Assembly: GCA_963773975.1 (NCBI GenBank)
Contig: CAVZDJ010000011.1
Coordinates: 114,548 to 178,547, forward strand
DNA length: 64,000 nt
Reading direction: 5' to 3'
Source of the DNA: an uncultured delta proteobacterium
Lineage (GTDB): Bacteria; Desulfobacterota; Binatia; Binatales; Binataceae
The notes under the pieces were generated by a model. That model had not been told where the DNA came from and searched no databases. It saw nothing but the letters and a program-made list of their open reading frames with translations. A program made the translations under genes and the position numbers. Positions 9,957 to 18,671 of the stretch are shown here, piece by piece (the first letter of the stretch is position 1; each line of letters begins with the position of its first letter).

Positions 9957-11030
9957 TCACTTCAGAGCGACCGGGCTCCCGCCGATCTTCACCCGGAAGA
10001 GCGTGTACGGCTTTTGCCGCAGGTCGCGGCCGCCGTGGAAACGCGCCCCGCGCTCCAACTGATTAACCGTGAAGTAGAGCCATCCGTCGGGCCCGACCGA
10101 AAGCGTATCCGGCCATAGCACGCGCGGGTCGTGGACGATCGTCTCCCAGGTGCCGTCGGGCAGGCGCCGGCGGATTCCGTCGTGCTCGTAGTCGCTGGCA
10201 TAGACGCGGCCCTGCGCGTCGGCCTCGAGTCCGTCGGAGGCTCCTTTTTCCCCGAGGTCGGCCACCGCCGCGCCCACCTGTTCTTCGGGCACCGAGCGAT
10301 CGCGCAGGTATGCCGTGGGCACGCTGAACAGATGACGGCTCGACAGCGGACAGTAGTAAAGCGTCGCGCCGTCGGCCGACAGCGCGATTCCGTCCGCAGG
10401 AATGGCGAATGGCTGCGGCGGACCGTTCGGCGGGCGCACCATCAGCGTCTCTCCCTCGACGATCGGCACGAATGCGGGATCGGCCTTGGTCGAATGATGA
10501 TTCGCAAGCCGGCGCCAGGCCTCGCCCGAGGCGAGGTCCACGACGATCAGCGCTCCGGTTCCGGAATCCGTGATGTAGGCGATGCCCTCTTTGTCCTGGC
10601 GCAAGTCGAAGCGAACGTCATTGAGATAGGTTTTGGGCAAAGCGATGTCAGGCTTGAAGACAATCGTCTTGGAGATCCGGTTGGTCGCGAGATCGACGGC
10701 CACCAGTTTCGCGCCGCCCTGTATCGGTTCGCTGAAATTCGGCGCCGCGGTGTCCAGAACCCACAGGCGATTGCGAGCGTCGGCCACCACGCTCTGCACG
10801 CTGATAAAAGTCTTGGCCGGGTGCGCATTGTCCGCGCGATTCACCTCCGTGTCGGGATAGGCAAAGAGACGACCGCCGCGGATTTCCCCGACTGTGAACG
10901 GCACGTCGTCGCCCCAGCGCGGAAAGTTTACGAAGATGCGTCCGTTGGACGCGACGGTCACGCCCGTCGGCATCGCGCCCTGGAACTCGAACACCGCCTC
11001 GATTCGGCCGATCGTGCGTTCCGACGGCAA
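9957..11030 (-). CDS. major-royal-jelly/yellow-like (MRJP) beta-propeller protein; body of the gene
   Basis: 'MPTGVTVASNGRIFVNFPRWGDDVPFTVGEI' and repeated propeller-like blocks. The only in-frame start is TTG. A signal peptide lies upstream in another frame (see finding). Confidence 0.65.
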   Translation of the reverse strand: MPSERTIGRIEAVFEFQGAMPTGVTVASNGRIFVNFPRWGDDVPFTVGEIRGGRLFAYPDTEVNRADNAHPAKTFISVQSVVADARNRLWVLDTAAPNFSEPIQGGAKLVAVDLATNRISKTIVFKPDIALPKTYLNDVRFDLRQDKEGIAYITDSGTGALIVVDLASGEAWRRLANHHSTKADPAFVPIVEGETLMVRPPNGPPQPFAIPADGIALSADGATLYYCPLSSRHLFSVPTAYLRDRSVPEEQVGAAVADLGEKGASDGLEADAQGRVYASDYEHDGIRRRLPDGTWETIVHDPRVLWPDTLSVGPDGWLYFTVNQLERGARFHGGRDLRQKPYTLFRVKIGGSPVALK

Positions 11031-11135
11031 CTGGATTGCCGCAGGCTGACGACGCGCCGAGCAGTATCGCGGCCGCGAGCAGCAGTCGTCGATTCATCAG
11101 TCATTCCTCCTCAAGCACGCTCACACACCGCGGCC

Positions 11136-12170
11136 TCAGCCGAGAGCGGCGCGGACGATTCGCGCCCCCGCAACCATCGCGCTCAGCTTCGCGAACGCGA
11201 CGTCGCGCGCGATATATTTCATCCCGCAATCGGGCGCGATCACCAACCGCTCGGGCGCGACGAACTCGAGCGCGGCGCGAATACGGTCGGCGACCGTCGC
11301 AGCGCTCTCGACCGCGGGATCGTTAAGGTCGATCACGCCCAGGATGATGGTCTTGGAGGGTAGCTCCTTCAGAATCGACAGATCGAGCCTGGGCTGCGCG
11401 GCCTCGATTGATACCTGGTCGGCGCGGCAGTTCTCGAGCTCCGGCAAAAACGAGTAGCCTGCCGGCTTGTCCTTCATGATGTAAGCGTAGCCGAAGCAGA
11501 GATGCACCGCGGTCGTGCCGGTGACGCCCTCCAGCGCGCGATCGAGCGCCTTCAGCCCATAGCGGCGCGCCAACTCGGGGCGCGCCTGCATGTAAGGCTC
11601 GTCGATCTGCACCACGTCGGCCCCGGCCGCGAAGAGATCCTTGATCTCCTCGTTGACCGCCTCCGCGTAGGCCATCGCAAGCGACTCCTCGTCGGGATAG
11701 TGGGCATTCTCGGCCTGCTGGGTCATCGTGAACGGCCCGGGCAGCGTGATCTTCACCTTGCGCGTGGTGTGCGCGCGCAGAAAGGTGAGGTCGCGCACCT
11801 CGACCGGCGCGAGTCTGCGAATCGGACCCGAAACCAGCGGCACGATGTCGGGGCGTCCGCTGCGGCTGATCGCGCTGCCCGGACGCTCGCGGTCGACACC
11901 GCCGAGCGCGTTGGCGAGCCGGTTGGAGTAGCTCTCGCGGCGCATCTCGCCGTCGCTGATGATATCGACGCCGGCGCTTTCCATCTCGTGAATCGCCACG
12001 ATAGTCGCGTCGTCCTGCGCCTGCTCGAGCCACGGCTCGGGGATTCGCCAGACCTCGCGCGCACGCACGCGCGGCGGCGGCCGCTTGGCGAGATTTTCGC
12101 GGTCGATTAGCCAGTCGGGCTGCGGATAGCTGCCAACCACCGTGGTCGGCAGAAGCATCCGTTCACTCAT
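11136..12170 (-). CDS. cobalamin-independent methionine synthase-like methyltransferase (Meth_synt_2 domain)
   Basis: 'PTTVVGSYPQPDWL', 'VHLCFGY' and 'IAPDCGM' are MetE catalytic-domain motifs. Start at MSERMLL with an upstream GAGGGGGA. Confidence 0.8.
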   Translation of the reverse strand: MSERMLLPTTVVGSYPQPDWLIDRENLAKRPPPRVRAREVWRIPEPWLEQAQDDATIVAIHEMESAGVDIISDGEMRRESYSNRLANALGGVDRERPGSAISRSGRPDIVPLVSGPIRRLAPVEVRDLTFLRAHTTRKVKITLPGPFTMTQQAENAHYPDEESLAMAYAEAVNEEIKDLFAAGADVVQIDEPYMQARPELARRYGLKALDRALEGVTGTTAVHLCFGYAYIMKDKPAGYSFLPELENCRADQVSIEAAQPRLDLSILKELPSKTIILGVIDLNDPAVESAATVADRIRAALEFVAPERLVIAPDCGMKYIARDVAFAKLSAMVAGARIVRAALG

Positions 12171-12434
12171 CGTGCATCCCCCTCTTGCGCGAAGTAGCGG
12201 GGCACGCGATCGCGGGCCCAGACGGCGCAAATCATGACGCCTTCGGCGCGCTCCGGCAACTCGCGCGCGCGACGCTCGGGCAGGCGCAATGACCGAGAGG
12301 CGGTCCGGGGCGCTTCACAGCGGATTAATCAGGAAGTAGTCTCGCCCTTTTCCCACGCCGCGACGAGCTTGCAGCGTGTCGTGCGTATTTCGATCAGGCG
12401 GAAGCGCCGCCCGCTCAGCCTCAAGCCGCTCCGC

Positions 12435-12771
12435 TCAGCGCACGGCTTTGAGCGCGTCGCGAACCCGCGCGCACTCGGCGCGTAACTCGACGAAGGTCGC
12501 GGACGCGCCGTCGAGCGAGCCGTTGCGGCCCTTTTCCTCGATCGCGCTTGCCAGCGCCTGCATCCGCGAAGGCGCCAAAGTTGCCGGCGGTGCCCTTGAG
12601 CGTATGCGCGGTCAGCCTGATGGCGTCGGCGTCTCCTTTTGCCAGTGCCGCCTCGAGCGTTGCCAACTGGCCTGGAACCTCTGCGATGAACATATCCACC
12701 AGGTCGCTCAGCAGGTTCTCGCCCTCGTCGCGCAGATCCTGAATAGCTTTTCGATCGATCGCAGCAGTCAT
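12435..12771 (-). pseudogene. Hpt (histidine phosphotransfer) protein with a frame change near 12555-12580
   Basis: 'AHTLKGTAGNFGA' (phospho-His motif HxxKG) is in one frame. The expected continuation 'RMQALASAIEEKGRNGSLDGASATFVELRAECARVRDALKAVR*' is in another frame. Span is 337 nt = 3n+1. Confidence 0.6.
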
Positions 12772-12837
12772 CGCCCGTGTCGCGCGAATCAGCATTCATT
12801 TTTACTTCTCCGGCCGTCATTACTCTCCCGCCTGCGG

Positions 12838-13230
12838 CTACACGGTCCACGACGGAAAGGTTCGATGCAACTTTTGCCGCACCGGCTCGAACGAGAACTG
12901 GCTGAAAGGCTTGATAATGTAGGCGGTCGCGCCCTCATTGAGGAACGTATCGCGCGTCTTCTCGAAGGGCACCGCACTAACGACCACGATTGCGGTCTCC
13001 GGAGCCTCTTTTCTCATCGTTCGAAAGGCGGCCAGGCTGTCGATGCCGTCACGCTCGGGCATCATCACGTCCAGCGTGACCAGCTTGGGCTTGAGCTCTC
13101 TGAAGAGCCGCAGGCCCTGCGCGGCGGTCTCGGCTTCGCCCACGACTTGGAAGCCGAGCTTGGCCAAATGATGGCGGATGATTTTCCGCGCGAACGGCGA
13201 ATCATCTATTATCAACGCTGATACCGTCAC
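12838..13230 (-). CDS. single-domain response regulator (CheY-like receiver)
   Basis: 'LIIDDS', 'LVTLDVMMPERDG', 'VVVSA' and 'AYIIKP' give the complete receiver acidic pocket, phospho-Asp, Ser/Thr and Lys. Confidence 0.85.
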   Translation of the reverse strand: MTVSALIIDDSPFARKIIRHHLAKLGFQVVGEAETAAQGLRLFRELKPKLVTLDVMMPERDGIDSLAAFRTMRKEAPETAIVVVSAVPFEKTRDTFLNEGATAYIIKPFSQFSFEPVRQKLHRTFPSWTV

Positions 13231-13363
13231 GGCTGATTCGCCTCAAAGATTGCTGCTGGCAGCCGCAGGCCCGAAGCCTCAGCGACTGCTTCCCTGTAAC
13301 CGCCTTCTGCCGTAATTCCTGGCCGGAATTGTCTGGCTTTAATTCTCTTGCAATCCGCACTAC

Positions 13364-14332
13364 TCATTGCGTTAGCTGAGCATGAACCGCGCCCATGTTC
13401 GTCCCGCCCGTGCCCGGAGTGCCCGACGCGACCTGGCGAATGAATACCGCGGTGATGTCCGCGCCGCTGCTGCCCGAAATCCATACTTCCGCAAACCCGG
13501 TCACCGGGACCGAACAGTTGCCCTTGCAGCCGCTCCAGTTGACCACCGGAACGACCGTCACGCGTGCGTCGCTCAAGGTGTGCGAGGACCAGGTCCCGCT
13601 GGGATCCGAAGCCATTCCCGCGGCCACGCGGTCGCTTACGCCTTGGCCGATCGGGCCAACCTTTGCACCCGGCTCGGTTGAAAGCATATCTCCTACCTTG
13701 ACGGTGCAGGCACATCCGGATCCCAGGTTCTGACTGAATGCGGCACCGCCGTTGCTTTGGCCGCTCGAATCCATCAAACTCAGCCCACCCCAGCAGCCCG
13801 CACCGCAATTTCCATTATGCAGCGTGATCGCCTGTCCGTAGGTATAGGTGGTGGTCGAGTCGAGGCCTATCGGCGCGATGTTACTGGCGGAAGCAAGTCC
13901 CTGCAGCACCGCCACGGAAGTGGCGGTGACGGTAAAGTTTTGGATGCCCACGACCTCGGCGAACAGGGCGGATATCCTGCGCGACGCGGTTACGGTCATC
14001 GACTGGTTGCCTGCATTGGCAACCACGCTGGTGAGCTCGCTCGCCAAGATTCCATTGTTGAGCGCATAGGTGCAGGCCGCGTTCTGCGCGTCGGTTGCGT
14101 AAAGACACGCGGCGTTCTTACCGGGGAAGGTAACGTTGTTGAAGTAAGTAGCGCCTGCCAAAGCCGCGGCGTCAGTGCCGCCCTGTAGCTTGTTTTTGTT
14201 CCAGTAGATATAGAAGACATCGATTCCGAGCGCCGCTATTCCGACTATCCCGACCGCCACCAGCGCGAGAATGACCATAATCTGACCGCGTCGTCCGCCT
14301 CGCGCACGCCCACGCTTTTGTATCGATTCCAT
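13364..14332 (-). CDS. tadG: TadG-like pilus-assembly protein / pseudopilin
   Basis: 'GQIMVILALVAVGIVGIAALGIDVFYIYWNKNKLQGGTDAAALAGA' is the typical TadG N-terminal membrane segment. Divergent from the tadE-tadC operon. Confidence 0.7.
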   Translation of the reverse strand: MESIQKRGRARGGRRGQIMVILALVAVGIVGIAALGIDVFYIYWNKNKLQGGTDAAALAGATYFNNVTFPGKNAACLYATDAQNAACTYALNNGILASELTSVVANAGNQSMTVTASRRISALFAEVVGIQNFTVTATSVAVLQGLASASNIAPIGLDSTTTYTYGQAITLHNGNCGAGCWGGLSLMDSSGQSNGGAAFSQNLGSGCACTVKVGDMLSTEPGAKVGPIGQGVSDRVAAGMASDPSGTWSSHTLSDARVTVVPVVNWSGCKGNCSVPVTGFAEVWISGSSGADITAVFIRQVASGTPGTGGTNMGAVHAQLTQ

Positions 14333-14595
14333 ATCGCTCCACATCTCCCGAGGCATGATGATGCAAGGAATGAACCGACGCCGTGGCCGGAATGACGATT
14401 TGAGCAAATGATTATAAATTGACTAATGTCATCACTGGTATGGATCATGCTCCCATTTTTGGCTGATGCGCGTTCTGCCTACATTGCTGAAGATAAACGA
14501 TGTGCAGAAAGGAGACAGCGTATCGCCAACGGACGCACGATGGATCGGCCGCGAGGCATATCGCGTTAAGGCCATTTTGCATTTTCATCCTGCGA

Positions 14596-15033
14596 TTGGT
14601 CACGCTAATTGACTGTTACCACAAGCCGCGAGTCAGCGCGCGCAATGGCGGCCAGACTCTGGTCGAATTCGCACTTATCATTCCGATCTTTCTGCTCCTG
14701 ATGCTTGGTGTAGTACAGATGGTGGTAGTGGGCGGCGCGGCACTTGCGGTCAACCAGGCCGCGATTTCCTGCACGCGCTATGCTTCGCTGAATCCAAGCT
14801 TTGCTCAGGCGTCGGTGGGCACCTACCTGACCTCCACCGCGTCACCGCTCATTAATGATTCCGGCCTGCAAGCGGTAGTGCTTTCGCCCAGCGCGGTGCC
14901 GCGCGTGACCGGGACCGCGGTGAGCGTGACGGTCACCTACAATCTCCGGACCAAACTGTTTTTGGGTACGACCTTTTTCGGGGTCACCTTTCCAAGCCAG
15001 CTCTCGGTTACACAGACCATGACCAGTGAATAG
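14596..15033 (+). CDS. tadE: TadE/TadF-like pseudopilin (start uncertain; TTG 14596 proposed)
   Basis: 'GQTLVEFALIIPIFLLLMLGVVQ' is the TadE-like N-terminal motif. No ATG lies near it. Confidence 0.6.
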   Translation: MVTLIDCYHKPRVSARNGGQTLVEFALIIPIFLLLMLGVVQMVVVGGAALAVNQAAISCTRYASLNPSFAQASVGTYLTSTASPLINDSGLQAVVLSPSAVPRVTGTAVSVTVTYNLRTKLFLGTTFFGVTFPSQLSVTQTMTSE

Positions 15034-15075
15034 GCGCATTCAGGCGGGAACCGCCGCGAGTCGGCCGGAGGGGCA

Positions 15076-16323
15076 ATGAATTCAACGCAACAAAACGACA
15101 ACGGTAATGGCAACGGCCTCAACACCGCGCAGCACAGGCGGCGCAGCAGCCTCGACATCTCGCTGGCTTCGGGCACGCCGGCGCAGCGCACCGCACTGCG
15201 CGAATTGCTGGGCGCGCTCACCGACCTCAGGATGGAGATTGCCGAAATTTTTGCTCCCGGGCAGGCGCCCGCGCAAGGCGATGCGGTGCGTATCCTGATG
15301 ATACTGCTCGACGAAGATCTCGACCTGTGGGATGAGGAACTGCGGCCTTGGATCGAGAGCGGCAACTGGGCGCAGGTGACGGCGGTGGTCAGCAAGCGTA
15401 CGCCGGAAGCGGTGCGCGCCGCGTTGAGCGCCGGGGCCAACGAAGTACTGTTCATGCCGGTCGATCCGGTCGACCTCGCGCGTTCGCTGTGGACGGTGAG
15501 CGAAATCAACCGCGGCGGCGGGCAGGCGGGCAAAGCGGCCTACGCACTGGTCAGCGTGTCGGGCGGAGTCGGGGTCAGCAGCCTGACGGTCGCCTTGGGA
15601 CTCGCGCTGCGCCGCCTGACACAACAACAGGTCGCGTTGGTCGACCTCGGCCTTCAGGCAGCCTCGCTCTCGGCGATTCTCGACCTCGAAAGCATCCATT
15701 CGATCGGCGAGCTCGCCGATCCGACTGCCAGTGTCGATTCGATTCGCCTGCAAGCGGCGGCCAGCAAGCATTCCTCGGGGCTGTACCTTTTGGCCGCGCC
15801 GGCGCGGATCGAGGACGGCGAGATGGTTTCGCCCGGCACCATCGAGGCGACCGTCGGAGTGATGCTGCAATTGTTCGACTACGTACTCATCGATTGCGGT
15901 CATCATGTGAACGAGGGCACGGTGGCGGCGTGGGAGCGCGCGGGTAACGTGTTGTACGTGCTCGATCAGTCGATCACCGGAGTGCGGGCGGCGCAACGCT
16001 TTCTGGATCTGTTCGAACGGCTCAAACTCAAACACGTCTCGCTCGACCTGTTGCTCAACCACTACCGCCCTTCGCATGCCGTTTCGCTGCAGAAAATCGA
16101 CGCCGCGTTGCATCGGCCGGTGGCCTTTTGCATTCCGCACGATGAGGCGGCGCTGACGGCCACCGAGGCGCAAGGCGACGGACTGTCCACGCTGCCCGCG
16201 AGGTCGCCGCTGCTGCTCGCGGTCGAGCGACTGGCCAAAACCCTGATTGGCGCTCTGGAGGCCGTCGACGGCGCGCACAAGCCGGGCGTTCTCTCCAGGC
16301 TGATGAATGCGATGGGCCGTTAG
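15076..16323 (+). CDS. cpaE: TadZ/CpaE-like pilus-assembly ATPase-family protein (receiver-like N-domain + ParA/MinD-like domain)
   Basis: Domain layout and position in front of cpaF. ParA-like 'YALVSVSGGVGVSSLTVALGLAL...VLIDCG'. The Walker A looks degenerate. Confidence 0.75.
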   Translation: MNSTQQNDNGNGNGLNTAQHRRRSSLDISLASGTPAQRTALRELLGALTDLRMEIAEIFAPGQAPAQGDAVRILMILLDEDLDLWDEELRPWIESGNWAQVTAVVSKRTPEAVRAALSAGANEVLFMPVDPVDLARSLWTVSEINRGGGQAGKAAYALVSVSGGVGVSSLTVALGLALRRLTQQQVALVDLGLQAASLSAILDLESIHSIGELADPTASVDSIRLQAAASKHSSGLYLLAAPARIEDGEMVSPGTIEATVGVMLQLFDYVLIDCGHHVNEGTVAAWERAGNVLYVLDQSITGVRAAQRFLDLFERLKLKHVSLDLLLNHYRPSHAVSLQKIDAALHRPVAFCIPHDEAALTATEAQGDGLSTLPARSPLLLAVERLAKTLIGALEAVDGAHKPGVLSRLMNAMGR

Positions 16324-16338
16324 GGAGGCACTCCGCCA

Positions 16339-17727
16339 GTGGGTCTAATCGATCGTCTGCAAAGCGACGGACAGGGCGCGCCCTCGGCCGCCGGACCTTC
16401 GCTCTTTGCCATCGACACGCGCCAGTTAATGGCCGCGTCCAACGAGGACGTGGGCAAGCAGCGGTTCCAGGCGCTCAAGAACCGAATCCAGGATCTGCTG
16501 CTCAAGAAAATCGACGTCACCAAGCTCGAAGACGCGGGCTACGCGCCGCTGCTGGCGCAGGTCAACGCGGTCATCGACGAACTGGTCGACGAAGAGCATC
16601 TGCTGCTGGCCGAAGCCGATCGCGAACGCCTGATCGAGGCTACCACCAGCGACATGCTGGGCCTCGGCCCGCTGGAGCCCCTGCTCCAGGACAACGACAT
16701 CTCCGACATCCTGGTCAACGGCTACCGCGGCGTGTGGATCGAGCGCAACGGCAAGATCTACAAAACCACCGTGCGCTTTCGCGACGATCGGCATCTGATG
16801 AGCGTCATCAACCGCATCGTGTCGCGCGTCGGGCGGCGGATCGACGAGGCTTCGCCGATGGTTGACGCGCGGCTGCCCGACGGCTCGCGCGTGCACGCCA
16901 TCATACCCCCGCTTGCGATCGACGGTCCGGGATTGTGCATCCGCCGCTTCGGCGGCCACAGCTACCGCATGGAAGATCTGATCATCAACGGCACCTGCAC
17001 TCAGGAGATAGCCGACTTCGTGCGCATCGCGGTGCTCACCCGGCTCAACATCCTGATCAGCGGCGGCACCGGCAGCGGCAAAACCACCTTGCTGAACTGT
17101 CTCTCTACCCATATCCCCGAAGACCAGCGCATCATCACGATCGAGGACGCCGCCGAGCTGGCCTTGCAGCAGCCGCAGGTCTTCCGCCTCGAGACCCGCC
17201 CGCCCAACGTCGAGGGCAAGGGCGAGGTCACGCAGCGCGAGCTGTTCCGCAATACCCTGCGGATGCGTCCCGACCGCGTGATCGTCGGCGAGGTGCGCGG
17301 CGCCGAAGTGCTCGACATGCTGCAGGCGATGTCGACCGGCCACGACGGCTCGATGGCCACCATCCATGCCAACACTCCGCGCGACTCGCTCGGGCGGCTC
17401 GAGATGATGATGCTGCTGTCGGGAGTCGCGTTGCCGGAAAAGGCGATGCATCAGTATGTCGCCAACTCGATCAACTTGATCATTCAGCTCGCGCGTCATT
17501 CCGACGGCGCCCGCAAGATCATCAAGATAACCGAGATTACCGGGATGGAAGGCGACACCGTGCTGACCCAGGACCTGTTCGAATACGTGCGCACCGGGGT
17601 CGACCCGACCGGCAAGGTGCTCGGCCATTTCAGGACCACCGGCACCCGTCCCTTCTATACCGAGCGCTTCGAGGCCGCCGGCTTCGCGGTTCCGCCATCG
17701 ATGCTTGCTCCGCGCGAGCTGCACTGA
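16339..17727 (+). CDS. cpaF: TadA/CpaF secretion ATPase
   Basis: Walker A '[12 protein letters not shown]', '[10 protein letters not shown]', '[14 protein letters not shown]', '[13 protein letters not shown]'. GTG start with upstream GGGAGG. Confidence 0.9.
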   Translation: MGLIDRLQSDGQGAPSAAGPSLFAIDTRQLMAASNEDVGKQRFQALKNRIQDLLLKKIDVTKLEDAGYAPLLAQVNAVIDELVDEEHLLLAEADRERLIEATTSDMLGLGPLEPLLQDNDISDILVNGYRGVWIERNGKIYKTTVRFRDDRHLMSVINRIVSRVGRRIDEASPMVDARLPDGSRVHAIIPPLAIDGPGLCIRRFGGHSYRMEDLIINGTCTQEIADFVRIAVLTRLNILISGGTGSGKTTLLNCLSTHIPEDQRIITIEDAAELALQQPQVFRLETRPPNVEGKGEVTQRELFRNTLRMRPDRVIVGEVRGAEVLDMLQAMSTGHDGSMATIHANTPRDSLGRLEMMMLLSGVALPEKAMHQYVANSINLIIQLARHSDGARKIIKITEITGMEGDTVLTQDLFEYVRTGVDPTGKVLGHFRTTGTRPFYTERFEAAGFAVPPSMLAPRELH

Positions 17728-17731
17728 CGCG

Positions 17732-18670
17732 ATGACGGAACTGGTCACATTGGTCTGTTTCGTCCTGCTGATAAGCCCGACGGTCGTATACTGCACGATA
17801 CGGCGAAGGCATCGAATCGCTCAGGAACGGGAGCTCGAACGGCGGCTGGGAAATTCGCCGGCCAGCCCGCGCACGCAGGCAGCGTGGAGGTCACCCAAAG
17901 ACGAGATGACGCGAGTGCTTGCGCGGCTGAGCACGGTGCCGTGGGTGGGCGGCTACCTCAGCGAAACGATGCGTCAAGCGACCGTGCCGCTGATGCTCGC
18001 GATACCGGCGCTGCTGGTTGCGGGCATTTTTATCTCGGGACACTGGCTGGGCGTCCCCGGCGCTCTGCTATGCGGTGTCGCGGCCGCCACGGTGCCGGTG
18101 CTTTACGCGCGCCGCAGGCGCGCCCAACGACTCAAGCTGCTCGGCGAGCAATTGCCGTATCTGATCGATCTGCTCAAGTCTGCGCTCGAGTCGGGCCATA
18201 CGATGCTGCGCGCGCTTCAGATGGCGGGGCAGAATTTGCCGGAGCCGGTTTCCAGCGAGCTGCGCCTGATCGTCGAGCAGGTCCAGCTCGGAATGACTCT
18301 GCCCATCGCGCTCGAGGCGATGTACCAGCGAGCGCCAGTCGAAGAGCTGGGCTTCCTGGTATCCGCAGTGCGCGTCCAGACCGATGTTGGGAACAGCCTG
18401 GCCGAGGTTTTCCAGCACGTCGCGGAGGGGATGCGCAATCGCCAGCGCGCGGAGCATCAGTTGCGTGCGCTCACCGCGCAGTCGCGGGCCAGTGCGGTCA
18501 TCGTCACTTTGCTCCCCTTTATTGTGTTGGCGGCTTTCAGCCTCATCAACCCGGACTATTCGCGGCCGCTGTTCCATAATCAGTACGGGCAAAAAATGCT
18601 CGAGACCGCGCTCGTGCTCGACATAATCGCGTACTTTGTGATGCGCAAAATCGCGCGAGTGAACTATTAG
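17732..18670 (+). CDS. tadB: TadB inner-membrane platform protein
   Basis: T2SSF-like 'LPYLIDLLKSALESGHTMLRAL' and TM segments at both ends. Operon position. Confidence 0.8.
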   Translation: MTELVTLVCFVLLISPTVVYCTIRRRHRIAQERELERRLGNSPASPRTQAAWRSPKDEMTRVLARLSTVPWVGGYLSETMRQATVPLMLAIPALLVAGIFISGHWLGVPGALLCGVAAATVPVLYARRRRAQRLKLLGEQLPYLIDLLKSALESGHTMLRALQMAGQNLPEPVSSELRLIVEQVQLGMTLPIALEAMYQRAPVEELGFLVSAVRVQTDVGNSLAEVFQHVAEGMRNRQRAEHQLRALTAQSRASAVIVTLLPFIVLAAFSLINPDYSRPLFHNQYGQKMLETALVLDIIAYFVMRKIARVNY

Positions 18671-18671
18671 C

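Noticed and set aside
8369-10066. 565-aa ORF taken at face value as one protein
   Set aside because: After about residue 235 the translation becomes low-complexity Arg/Gly/Ala. The real C-terminal half of the amidohydrolase is in another frame (9087-9914).
13231-14640. Search for an Flp prepilin gene around the tad genes (also 19602-19846)
   Set aside because: No small ORF with a hydrophobic 'G/xxxxEY'-type Flp motif was found on either strand. Its absence is reported as part of the Tad finding, not as a feature.
15082-17796. Long minus-strand ORFs (398 aa and 456 aa) opposite cpaE and cpaF
   Set aside because: Low-complexity Arg/Asp/Gly-rich translations with no motifs, exactly antisense to genes that have strong motifs. 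High-GC shadow ORFs.
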